The translations under genes were made by a program, and so were the position numbers. This document shows positions 1-9,154 of a stretch of 64,000 nt of DNA, one piece after another (position 1 is the first letter of the stretch; every line of letters starts with the position of its first letter). The notes under the pieces are model-generated. The model searched no databases and was not told the DNA's origin. It saw only the letters and a program-made list of their open reading frames with translations. This DNA comes from an uncultured Candidatus Binatia bacterium (GTDB taxonomy: Bacteria > Desulfobacterota > Binatia > UBA9968 > CAXXLF01): the NCBI GenBank assembly GCA_965218425.1, contig OZ244621.1:2688001-2752000 (forward strand), given 5' to 3'.

Positions 1-1359
1 GGCGCCATGACCGGTTTCCATATCCAATACCAGCGTTTTCTCGGCCTCGCTTATGGCAGGATCCTTGAGCATGCCGCTAGTCAGGACCATCTCGGCAAAC
101 GTGGAAGCCGTCTCGGCAAGGGTCATGGGCCCTCGTCTGGCATAGGGACGGATGTCGCCCATGACTTTACTGTGAAAGGCGTGTCCGGCCTCATGGGCCA
201 AGGTCAACACGTCTCCCATGGAACGGTTGTAGGTCATGAAGATTCGGGATTCTTTGGTCAGGAGAGAACCCGTGCAAAAGCCGCCGGGGCGTTTACCGGC
301 ACGGGGCCGCCAGTCGATCCAGCTCCTGTGGACCACCGACCGGAAGAAATCGGCGAGAGCGGGGTACGATTGATCGAAGGAGTTTTGGATGAGGGCTTTT
401 GCTTGATCCCAAGAGAGCTGCCCTTGACCAGGAATGGAGAGCGGGGCGCCCAAGTCATACCAGGCTACCCCCGCGGTCTTCATGGCCCTGGCCTTGAGAC
501 GGAGAATTCGGCGGGGCAATTCGAGTTCCGCGTGGACGGCCTCCATCATGGCATTGAGGGTCTTTTGTGTGATCCCGGACTGGAACAGGGCGACATCGAG
601 GAAGTGGTTCACGCCTCGATGCCGGTCGAGAGTCAGGCGGGTTCCTGAGATGCCGTTCAGAGCGGCAGCGGTGGTGTCTTCAACACTCCGCCATGCTCTG
701 TTGCCGGCCTCGAATGCGGCCTTTCTGACGCGGCGGTCCGGGTTTTCCATGAGAGAACGCCGCTGGGATATGGGCAAGCGCTGGCGGGTACCGTCCGGGT
801 AGATCATGTGGAATTCAAGCTTTCCGGATAGGGTGTCGTAAAGACGCCCCCAGGCGTTGATGCCGTCCACCCCGAGATCGGTGGCGAGCACTTCCTCTTC
901 CCGGCTCATCCTGTTGAGAGCCTCCTGGCGCAGGCGGTCTAGATAATGCCGTGCGCCTCGAAACTGATCACGTTTAGACACCATGGCAAACGCCTCAGGG
1001 GATGCCTCTTTGACGGCGCGCAGTAGTTCGACTCTGAGCTTGGCAAATTCCGCCCTCATCAAGGACATCTGAGCTTCCTCTTTGACGTAGGCCTCGTTTC
1101 GTGCGTCGGCGGAGGCCAGACAGCCGATGTAGGAGCCAAGGTGAGAGAGACGCACCTGGAGTTCCTCGTTCTTCTCCAGTATTTCCGACCACTGACCAAC
1201 AGTGTCGGGGTTCAGGGAGGGTAGGGCGCCAGCCCGTTCCCGGAGTGAAGCAATGTCTTTTTGTAACGACTCTTTGAATTGTCGCATCTCGCGGCCATTG
1301 AACTCCGGAAAATAGCTGGTGAGGTCCCAGTCCATTTTGTTGTGATTGATATTCGCCAT
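1..1359 (-). CDS. pepF: Oligoendopeptidase F (M3B family), 3' end runs off the window
   Basis: Not in the ORF track; translated by hand: MANINHNKMDWDLTSYFP...GKRPGGFCT...LAHEAGHAFH...LAETASTFAE. Has the HExxH zinc motif and M3B signatures, and stays open to base 1. Confidence 0.88.
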   Translation of the reverse strand, partial: MANINHNKMDWDLTSYFPEFNGREMRQFKESLQKDIASLRERAGALPSLNPDTVGQWSEILEKNEELQVRLSHLGSYIGCLASADARNEAYVKEEAQMSLMRAEFAKLRVELLRAVKEASPEAFAMVSKRDQFRGARHYLDRLRQEALNRMSREEEVLATDLGVDGINAWGRLYDTLSGKLEFHMIYPDGTRQRLPISQRRSLMENPDRRVRKAAFEAGNRAWRSVEDTTAAALNGISGTRLTLDRHRGVNHFLDVALFQSGITQKTLNAMMEAVHAELELPRRILRLKARAMKTAGVAWYDLGAPLSIPGQGQLSWDQAKALIQNSFDQSYPALADFFRSVVHRSWIDWRPRAGKRPGGFCTGSLLTKESRIFMTYNRSMGDVLTLAHEAGHAFHSKVMGDIRPYARRGPMTLAETASTFAEMVLTSGMLKDPAISEAEKTLVLDMETGHGA

Positions 1360-1486
1360 GGTGAAAACGTTTCCTTTCTGAACTGCCCAGAAGGCTACCT
1401 GCCTTGTTCGCCGGTGTAAAGAAGATTTTGCGGAAGGCTTCGAGAATTGAAACTCTCCGCCGGGACCTGAAAAGACTTGCTCAGTG

Positions 1487-1586
1487 CTCCTCGGGGAGCG
1501 ATCCTCCGGCCGTGGGCAACAGGCCGGTGAATATCTGAGGCTTTACGTTCGATGCCCACGGCCTTACGTCTCGCTCCCCTCGTCGC
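1487..1586. repeat. ~100-bp self-complementary direct repeat, copy 1
   Basis: Near-identical to 2880-2979. Internal inverted repeats GGGGAGCGA/TCGCTCCCC (1493-1501/1571-1579) and GGCCGTGGGCA/TGCCCACGGCC (1508-1518/1553-1563). Confidence 0.85.
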
Positions 1587-1781
1587 CCCACGTTGTTAGG
1601 CGCAGGGGGTCTGGCACGAAGAAAGGGAGACGTCCGGTACTGGCGGCTCATGCCAATTTGGCATGTCAGATCAAATGATGGGGCCTCGTGGCCGAGACCC
1701 ATCGGCTCCCGCTGAGAGGCAGGCCCCCAAGCCCAGAAATTCGCGATTTTGTAAATGGCGCGCTGAGCGAGCTTGCAAACC

Positions 1782-2875
1782 TATGGAGAGCCGCATAATA
1801 TAATGACATTGGATAAGAACTTAATGTATAGTGGTGGTATGGGAAACCCACTTGGAGTGCGACGGGACTTTGAAGCATTGGAGCGGCGGTGGATGGAGGC
1901 GGGGAGGCTGTTGAAGCGAGGGCTGTCGGAGGCGGAGGTGGCGCGTTGGGTGGGAGTGCACCGCCAGTCGGTGAATCGATGGGCGCGGCAGTTGGCCGAG
2001 AGCGGCAGAGCCGGGCTCAAGCAGGCGGGGCGTGCCGGACGCAAGCCGCGACTGAGCCCGGCGGATCTGAAGAAGATCGAGGGCGGTTTGAAACGGGGAC
2101 CCGAAGCGCTGGGGTACGACACGAGCCTGTGGACCGCAAGGCGAGTGGCCCACTTGATTGGGGAAGCCTGCGGAGTCACATACCATCCGGGCCATGTTTG
2201 GCGGATATTGCGGCAGTTGGGGTGGAGTTGCCAGCGGCCGACGGGACGTGCCTTGGAACGAGATGAAGAGGCGATCCGGCAGTGGAAGAAGAAGCGCTGG
2301 CCGGAGATTAAAAAAAAGCCCGAAACGAGGGGCGAACCATAGTGTTCGTGGACGAAAGCGGGCTGAGCGAGCGGCCGAATCGGTATCGTACGTGGTCGCC
2401 CCGAGGACAGACGCCAGTGCTGCAATATCACTTCAACTGGAAGAGTCTGTCGGCCATCGCCGGAGTCACCTGGTGGCGCTTGTACTTTCGAGTGTATCCG
2501 GGAGCCATCAAGAGCCCCCAGATCATCGAATTCCTGAAGCACTTGATGCGTCATGTTTCCGGGCCGCTGCTGGTAGTGTGGGACGGACTGCCCAGCCACC
2601 GGAGCCGGTTGGTTCGGGACTTTGTTGCCGCTACCGAAGGCGCGTTGGTGCTGGAACGGTTGCCGGCCTATGCACCGGAACTGAATCCCGTCGAATACCT
2701 CTGGGGATACTGGAAGCATCATGAACTGCCCAACTTCTGTGCCAAGGACTTCGCTCAACTCAGCCACCATGCTCGTCGGGCCCTTTGCCGAATGCGCCGC
2801 AGGCCTCGTCTCGTTACCGCCTTCTGGAAACAGTCCAGCCTTTTCTGATGTCATTATATTATACGAGGATCAATA
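1782..2875 (+). mobile_element. IS630-family insertion sequence
   Basis: Imperfect 28-bp terminal inverted repeats sharing ATAATATAATGACAT (1782-1809, 2848-2875). TA at both ends; the reconstructed empty site is AACCTAGGTT. Confidence 0.92.
1839..2848 (+). CDS. IS630 transposase (HTH ORF + DDE ORF joined by a -1 frameshift)
   Basis: ORF A (to 2342) has winged-HTH segments. ORF B has FVDESG, WDGLPSH and YAPELNPVE. An A8G slippery run at 2310-2318 gives the fused read KKARNEGRTIVFVDESG. Confidence 0.9.
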
Positions 2876-2879
2876 GGTT

Positions 2880-2979
2880 CTCCTCGGGGAGCGATCCTCC
2901 GGCCGTGGGCAACAGGCCGGTGAATATCTGAGGCTCTACGCTCGATGCCCACGCCCTACGTCTCACTCCCCCTCGTCGC
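2880..2979. repeat. ~100-bp self-complementary direct repeat, copy 2
   Basis: Near-identical to 1487-1586; starts 4 bp after the IS630 right end. Confidence 0.85.
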
Positions 2980-3220
2980 AAACCGCTGCAGGGTGAGGAG
3001 TTTTGGCCCCCGGTCCTTTTCAATTACCACGGCCTGTTGCAGGTTGATGTCGTGCTAAGTAAGCCTTCGCGGCATAGCCGCAGCCCGCGGTGGAGTCATT
3101 TTAGTCCGTCGAAACTCTAGGCGACTGGAGTGACTGGAATGGAAATTCCATGACTTCTTGACTTTGAAGTTTCTTCTCACCTAGAGTGCCGTGAGAGTAA
3201 TAAATGAGGAGGATCAATTT

Positions 3221-4048
3221 ATGGCAATTGCGTCCTACGCAACCGTAAAGGTTGAAAAGGAAGATGGAATCACTTGGGTGACTTTGAATCGCCCGGAGAA
3301 ACGCAATGCGATGAACCCGCAGCTCCACTTTGACATGCTGGATGCGATTACGGATCTCGAGGTGGATGACGAGACCAAGGTGCTGGTTTTGACGGGCGCC
3401 GGGGACAGCTGGTGCGCCGGACAGGATCTTAGAGAGTATTTTCGCGGACTGGAGAACAACCCCAAAGAGCGCAGGCGCGCGGGATGGTCCAGTCAGCAAT
3501 GGCGCTGGGAAAAACTCTACATGTTCCCCAAGCCCACCATCGCCATGGTGAACGGATTCTGTTTTGGTGGCGCCTTCACCCCGCTGGTGGCCTGCGACTT
3601 CGCCATTGCAGCGGAGGAAGCGATCTTTGGGCTTTCCGAGGTCAACTGGGGTATCCTTCCCGGTGGGCTAGTGACCAAGGTGGTGTCCGACATCATGAGC
3701 TACCGCGATGGGCTCTACTATTGCATGACCGGGGATAGCTTCGACGGCAAAAAGGCCGCCGAGATCCGCCTGGTGAACTATGCGGTTCCACGTGCCAAGT
3801 TGCGCGGGGAGACCGTCTCATTGGCCAAGAGGCTCATGGAGAAAAATCCCTGGGCGCTGCGCGGCTGCAAGCAAGCCTTCAAGACGGTCCGAACCATGGA
3901 TTATCACCAGGCGGGGGATTATCTCGCAGTCAAGAGTTTGGAGATCAGACACACGGATAAGGAAGGGGGCCGTGAGAAGGGCATGGAGCAGTTTCTGGAC
4001 GAAAAATCCTATCGTCCCGGCCTTCAAGCCTATGACCGTAAAAAGTAA
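3221..4048 (+). CDS. ech: p-hydroxycinnamoyl/feruloyl-CoA hydratase-lyase (crotonase family)
   Basis: LNRPEKRNAM, MVNGFCFGG, FGLSEVNWGI and the C-terminus EGGREKGMEQFLDEKSYRPGLQAY closely follow recalled HCHL/Ech. RBS GAGGAGG precedes ATG 3221. Confidence 0.85.
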   Translation: MAIASYATVKVEKEDGITWVTLNRPEKRNAMNPQLHFDMLDAITDLEVDDETKVLVLTGAGDSWCAGQDLREYFRGLENNPKERRRAGWSSQQWRWEKLYMFPKPTIAMVNGFCFGGAFTPLVACDFAIAAEEAIFGLSEVNWGILPGGLVTKVVSDIMSYRDGLYYCMTGDSFDGKKAAEIRLVNYAVPRAKLRGETVSLAKRLMEKNPWALRGCKQAFKTVRTMDYHQAGDYLAVKSLEIRHTDKEGGREKGMEQFLDEKSYRPGLQAYDRKK

Positions 4049-4086
4049 CCAGAAGTGAGGCGAGTTGACAGGGGAGGGAAAGCAGC

Positions 4087-5253
4087 GTGAACTTTGAGCT
4101 ACCGGAAGAGATCCAGCTCATCAAACGAACCGTAAGGGAGTTTATTGACCGAGAGGTTATTCCCTTGGAGCGTGAGTATCGCCCTGAAGGGGAGGAGATG
4201 CCGGACCATATCATGAAACCCCTCCAGGAAAAGGCCAAGGCTCTGGGGTTCTGGCACCTCGACGTCCCCAAGGAATACGGCGGTACTGGGCTCGACCTGC
4301 TCACCCGCTGTGTCATCACCGAAGAGGTTTCCCGTACGGCAGCCATCCCGTTTCGCAGCAACGAACTGTTCGGACCCTCGGTGCGGCCGGTTTTGTTTCA
4401 TTCCAATGAGGAGCAGAAGGAGCGCTTTCTCTTTCCCGTATTGAGGGGTGAGATGAAGGTCTGTTTTGCCCAGACTGAGCCGGACGCAGGAAGTGACCCC
4501 GCGAACATGCGAACCCGGGCGGTGCGTGATGGAGACCACTTTGTTTTGAATGGAACTAAACGCTTCATCACCGGCGCCGGTCGTGCGGACTATGCTCAAT
4601 TGATTGCTGTAACTGACCCGGAAAAACGAGCGCGCGGCGGCATTACCTGCTTCATGGTGGACATGAAGAGCCCGGGGGTATTACTTGAACGCCAGTGGCC
4701 CACCATGATGGGGGATGCACCCTGGCAGATCGTCTTCGACGACGTACGGGTCCCCGCTGCGAATATCATTGGAAATCTAGGACAGGGCTTTGCCCTGGGC
4801 CAGAATTGGATCCAGGAGGGTCGCATCAAAGGGCATGGCGCCCGGCCCCTGGGGATCGCCCGGCGCGCCCTGGACATGATGATCGATTACTCCCACAACC
4901 GTGTCACCTTCGGGCAACCGCTAGCCGAGCGCCAGGCGGTGCAGTTTATGGTGGCCGATTCCGCCACGGAACTCCATGCGGCACGGCTCTTGGTTTACGA
5001 ATGTGCCTGGCGTAGCGACCGTGGAGAGGACGTGCGCAACCTTTCCTACATGGTCAAGATCACGTGCACGGAGATGGCCAGTCGGGTGGTGGATCGTGCC
5101 ATTCAAGTGCACGGTGGTGTCGGGTTGACCAAGGACCTGCCCCTGGAATGGTGGTATCGGCAGCTTCGCAGTATTCGAATCACGGAGGGGGCCACCGAGG
5201 TTTTACGTTGGCGGCTGGCGCAGAACCTCATGAAGAGACGCGGGCCGCGCTAA
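4087..5253 (+). CDS. Acyl-CoA dehydrogenase
   Basis: FAQTEPDAGSD, LNGTKRFIT, RVTFGQPL, AIQVHGGVG, ITEGATEV motifs. Confidence 0.92.
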   Translation: MNFELPEEIQLIKRTVREFIDREVIPLEREYRPEGEEMPDHIMKPLQEKAKALGFWHLDVPKEYGGTGLDLLTRCVITEEVSRTAAIPFRSNELFGPSVRPVLFHSNEEQKERFLFPVLRGEMKVCFAQTEPDAGSDPANMRTRAVRDGDHFVLNGTKRFITGAGRADYAQLIAVTDPEKRARGGITCFMVDMKSPGVLLERQWPTMMGDAPWQIVFDDVRVPAANIIGNLGQGFALGQNWIQEGRIKGHGARPLGIARRALDMMIDYSHNRVTFGQPLAERQAVQFMVADSATELHAARLLVYECAWRSDRGEDVRNLSYMVKITCTEMASRVVDRAIQVHGGVGLTKDLPLEWWYRQLRSIRITEGATEVLRWRLAQNLMKRRGPR

Positions 5254-5259
5254 CCAAAT

Positions 5260-5545
5260 CTATTTTGAAATTTTCTCCCTGAAATTGGGTTTGGGGATCG
5301 GATAAAAGACGACTCGGGCAAAGGCGCAAAGGATAAAAAAATTATAAACTCGAAATCCGAAATTCGAAACAAATCCAAATGATCAAAAGACATAAAATTC
5401 CAAGCAATTTCGTTTTGGATTTCGGTTTTTGGATTTGAGTGTTTTGGTTTGTTTGAGATTTCGAGCTTGGGATTTCGAATTTTAATTCGGCGGCGTCTTG
5501 GCGCGATAAACCTTGACGAAGTTGCTCTGATGAACATTTCAAAGG
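5260..5545. repeat. Nested palindromic intergenic repeat (REP/MITE-like)
   Basis: Homologous to 32490-32735 in inverted orientation (both yield the spurious peptide MFEISSLGFRILIRR). Contains GCAAAGGCGCAAAG and the CGAAATCCGAAATTCGAAAC / GAGATTTCGAGCTTGGGATTTCG arms. Confidence 0.75.
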
Positions 5546-5587
5546 GTTTTATACGCTTAACATGCCAAAATAAGATCTCGTCAAGAC

Positions 5588-6031
5588 TTAGTTTATCCCT
5601 CCTGTCTTGTTGCGAACCTGTGCCTCTTGTATAGCCTTCCGAAAGTTCAAAGGTCCAGAGATAACAGGAAGCTCGATATCGCCTGCGCCTGTCCCGTAGC
5701 AAACTAGCTTACCGTAACCCAGAATGCGACCGATCACTCCCTGCTTTACGTTGATTTCTTCGATTCGATTGAGACTCATCTCTTCTGTCTTTCTCGCGAT
5801 CCAGCCTTTCTTGTAGACGAGACGACGATTGGTAACGACGACCTCTGTCGTCCATCGATTGACGAGCATCACGAGTCCGAAAAAGCTAAGAACGTAGGGT
5901 AATATGAACAGGAAACCTCCAACAATTCCTCCCACGAAAAGGACAATAGCCGAGTAGTTGTAAAGCCAGTGGAATTTCGCCCAGCTGATAATTCTTTCTC
6001 CGGAAACCATTGTCTTAGTTACGTACGACAA
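5588..6031 (-). CDS. Bacterial PH-domain (bPH_2-like) membrane protein
   Basis: Two TM helices followed by VVTNRRLVYKKGWI...GRILGYG. TTG start with a GGAGG RBS. Confidence 0.75.
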   Translation of the reverse strand: MSYVTKTMVSGERIISWAKFHWLYNYSAIVLFVGGIVGGFLFILPYVLSFFGLVMLVNRWTTEVVVTNRRLVYKKGWIARKTEEMSLNRIEEINVKQGVIGRILGYGKLVCYGTGAGDIELPVISGPLNFRKAIQEAQVRNKTGGIN

Positions 6032-6232
6032 GAGAACCTCCCTCCCTTTCTAGAGCCGGACCCAGGTGGAATTGCCGGGTCATGAAGCCATCACAACAGA
6101 GGAAGTAAAGTTCCGCTTATTCACCCAAGGCTCCGGGAGCTACCCTTCGCCAGAATCGGGCTCTTGTATTCAACGGATGGCCCGACACACGGACCTCTGT
6201 TGAATGGCTTCGAGACTTAGGATAGGCTTTAC

Positions 6233-6541
6233 ATGTCTCTAAAGTCAACGATCCCCGCTAGGGTTAGATTATTTGATGGCTTGACAGGGGAACCTCCAAT
6301 GACAGACGAAGAAAGAGACCACTTACTCGGTAGATTTGCTGCTCTTGAGTACGTGGTCTACATCACCGTCCTGAGCTTGGACTCTGAGGTTTATGACAAG
6401 ATTCAACGGGATCTGAACCGTACCAGCAGCTCCTCTGATGTTGCCGCACTTCTCGCAAGTGAAAGCAATAGCTGGAGAGATGGGTTTTTTGCGGTTCTTC
6501 ATAAACTCCGGATCTTTGCTCATCACTTTCCAGATAGCTAA
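6233..6541 (+). CDS. Hypothetical protein
   Basis: 102-aa ORF with no recognised motif; the true start may be 6299. Confidence 0.35.
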   Translation: MSLKSTIPARVRLFDGLTGEPPMTDEERDHLLGRFAALEYVVYITVLSLDSEVYDKIQRDLNRTSSSSDVAALLASESNSWRDGFFAVLHKLRIFAHHFPDS

Positions 6542-6654
6542 AAGCAGTTCTTCGTCTTTCACTTTGATTCTCCCGCGGAGGATAAACAGCCGTTCGGTTA
6601 TTTTTGGCATGTCATGTTAGGCGTATAAAACCCATTTCAAAGGTAAAAATCTAA

Positions 6655-9093
6655 ATGGAAGCATCGTCAGCCTCGCTCCTTTCGGGTCTTCGAGTCCTGG
6701 ATCTCAGCACGGCCATGGGGGCCCTGTGCGGCAGGCTGCTAAGCGACCTGGGAATGGATGTGGTCAAGGTGGAGCCTGCGGGCGGGGATTCCCTGCGCAG
6801 TGAACCTCCCTTTGCAAAAGACCAGCCCCACCGGGAGGGAAGTCTCCCCTTTGCTTACCTGAATGCCGGCAAGCGCGGCATTACCCTGGGTCTCACCCGA
6901 CCTGATGGTCGGAAACGTTTCCTAGATCTCGTGGAGCGGTCCGATGTGATTTTGGAGAGCCATGCGCCCGGTACCTTGGAAGAATGGGATCTCGGTTTTA
7001 GTGTCCTCTCTGAACGTCAGCCGAAGATTATCTTGGCTTCCCTCTCGGGATTCGGACTGAGCGGCCCCTACCGGGACTACCTCTCACCGGACATCGTTAC
7101 CACGGCCATGGGCGGGTTACTTTACATCAGCGGTGACCCGGGCCTTGCGCCCTGCATGCCTCCCGGCGCTCAGTCCTACAACTATGCCAGTCTATGCGCG
7201 GCCTACGGTGTGATGCTCGCCCTTTGGCAGCGGGAAAAAAGCGGTATTGGAATACACGTGGATACTTCGGCACAGGCAAGCATGGCTCTCCACGAGCATG
7301 TGGCCTTTACTTACTCTGCGGAAGGAAGGCTCATGAAACGGGCCGGAAGCCAACATCAGCATGCTGCACCAGCCAACCTCTTTCCTTGCCGGGACGGTTA
7401 TATCTCCCTATTTGTAACCCAGCGTCACTGGCCCCTGTTTCTCGAGATCTGGGAGAATCACCCTCGGGAACTCGATGACCCGAGCTTGAATAGCAACGCG
7501 GCAAGACACGCTCGGGCCGGTTGGTTGAACTCCCTGGTAGCTACTTTTACGTCGAAGTATAACAAGGACGAGCTCGCTCACATCATGCAGAAGCGAGGGC
7601 TTCCTGCTTTGCCGGTAAACAGTCCCGGGGATTTCCTGGGTGATCGCCACATCCGGGAACGTGGGTTCTTTGGGCAGGTGACTCATCCCGTGCTCGGATC
7701 CTTTCAACAGCTGGGAGCCCCGTTCATGGTGGAGGGAGAGCGCCTCGCGCCATCCGTGGCGCCGCTATTAGGCCAGCACAATTCAGAGATCCTTGATGGC
7801 ACGCTGGGATCGGGTGAAAAAGCGCCAAGGGATTTGGCGGGGCAGGGGAGGAACCAACGGGACAGACCCACGGCCTCCGTGCCAAGCACAAACAAGATCC
7901 TTCAGGGGATCCGAGTACTTGCCTTGACCAACGGATACGCCGGTCCCTACGCAGGGCGATTTCTCGCCCAGTATGGGGCTGAGGTGATCAAGGTGGAATC
8001 CATGAAGGGCGGCCTCGATGCGTTTCGGCATTACGGTCAGTCTCCAAACATAGATGCCGCCCCTCGATTCATCGAGTGCAACCTGGGGGTGCGTTCCATT
8101 ACAGTTAACCTGAAGCATCCGGTGGGGGCGCGACTCCTGAAGGAGTTGGCGGGTCATTGTGATGCGGTGTTAGTCAATTTTCGACCGGGGGTTCTTGGAC
8201 GTCTCGGCCTCGGCGACGAGGAAATTCGAAAGGCAAATCCGAAGATTATTATTCTCAAGTTACCTGGTCTCGGTGAGACGGGACCCAAGAGCTGGTACGG
8301 CACCTGGGGATTTAACCTTACCGCCTTTTGCGGGATGACCTACCTTTGGAATCACCCCGGACAGCCCCGTCCCATTGGTAGCCAGGGTGTTTATCCGGAC
8401 CATGTGGGGTTCGTCCTGGCTCCCACAGTGCTGGTGGCAGCGCTGCTCCATCGAAGGCTCATGGAGCGAGGCGTGTCCATTGATCTGGCGCAGGCTGAAT
8501 CCACCGCGTATACCATGGGGGTGAGCTATCTGGAGGCCGGGATCAATGGCAGAGAGCCGGAGCCCCGGGGCAATCGGGACCCCGTTGCGGCTCCTCAAGG
8601 CTGCTACCGTTGCCAGGGAGAAGACCGATGGTGCGTGGTTTCAGTCCGGTCGGATGAGCAGTGGAGCAAGTTCTGCCATGTCCTGGATCGGGACGACCTG
8701 GTTGGAGATCCACGGTTTGCCAACATTTCATCCCGGTCTTTAAGTGCAGTGGAGCTTGATAAGATCATAGAGGAATGGACCCGGGCGCAGTCGGCAGAAG
8801 AGGTGATGAAAAAGCTCCAGGCAGAGGGAGTGCCGGCAGGCGTAGTGCAGAGCGCAGCGGATCTGTTAAAGGACCCGCAGCTCCGCGGCCGGAATTACTT
8901 TGAGGGATTTAGGGATTCACCCATCGGACCCTTCGAGCTTCCACGTAGCCCGTTGGAGTTCCGCGGTATGAGTAATGAACCGCTGGCCCTGCCCTCTCCT
9001 CTGGGTACGGATACCGGTCCGATTATGCGTGACCTGCTCGGATACGACGATGCGACCATAAATCAATGGCGTGACGACGGTGTTCTAACCTAG
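6655..9093 (+). CDS. Family III CoA-transferase (CaiB/BaiF), two fused domains
   Basis: Two copies of the LxGxRVL...G(A/M)(D/E)V(V/I)KVE module in 812 aa. Confidence 0.92.
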   Translation: MEASSASLLSGLRVLDLSTAMGALCGRLLSDLGMDVVKVEPAGGDSLRSEPPFAKDQPHREGSLPFAYLNAGKRGITLGLTRPDGRKRFLDLVERSDVILESHAPGTLEEWDLGFSVLSERQPKIILASLSGFGLSGPYRDYLSPDIVTTAMGGLLYISGDPGLAPCMPPGAQSYNYASLCAAYGVMLALWQREKSGIGIHVDTSAQASMALHEHVAFTYSAEGRLMKRAGSQHQHAAPANLFPCRDGYISLFVTQRHWPLFLEIWENHPRELDDPSLNSNAARHARAGWLNSLVATFTSKYNKDELAHIMQKRGLPALPVNSPGDFLGDRHIRERGFFGQVTHPVLGSFQQLGAPFMVEGERLAPSVAPLLGQHNSEILDGTLGSGEKAPRDLAGQGRNQRDRPTASVPSTNKILQGIRVLALTNGYAGPYAGRFLAQYGAEVIKVESMKGGLDAFRHYGQSPNIDAAPRFIECNLGVRSITVNLKHPVGARLLKELAGHCDAVLVNFRPGVLGRLGLGDEEIRKANPKIIILKLPGLGETGPKSWYGTWGFNLTAFCGMTYLWNHPGQPRPIGSQGVYPDHVGFVLAPTVLVAALLHRRLMERGVSIDLAQAESTAYTMGVSYLEAGINGREPEPRGNRDPVAAPQGCYRCQGEDRWCVVSVRSDEQWSKFCHVLDRDDLVGDPRFANISSRSLSAVELDKIIEEWTRAQSAEEVMKKLQAEGVPAGVVQSAADLLKDPQLRGRNYFEGFRDSPIGPFELPRSPLEFRGMSNEPLALPSPLGTDTGPIMRDLLGYDDATINQWRDDGVLT

Positions 9094-9154
9094 CCCACCA
9101 AAAGTCACGTAACTGGCCAAAGTATCCAGCGGGCTACGGAACACGCAATTTTTA

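Noticed and set aside
7..802. Plus-strand ORFs of 213 aa and 122 aa
   Set aside because: Antisense shadows of the minus-strand pepF, which the track missed because it has no stop in the window.
1781..2854. 357-aa minus-strand ORF spanning the IS
   Set aside because: Antisense to the IS630 transposase, with no recognisable motifs.
1487..2979. 100-bp repeats as a target-site duplication, CRISPR array or attC sites
   Set aside because: IS630 duplicates only TA. There are just two long copies, no spacer array, no cas or integrase gene, and no matching RYYYAAC/GTTRRRY pair.
5250..5702. ORFs over the intergenic repeat (also 32303-32584)
   Set aside because: Low-complexity translations of a palindromic repeat.
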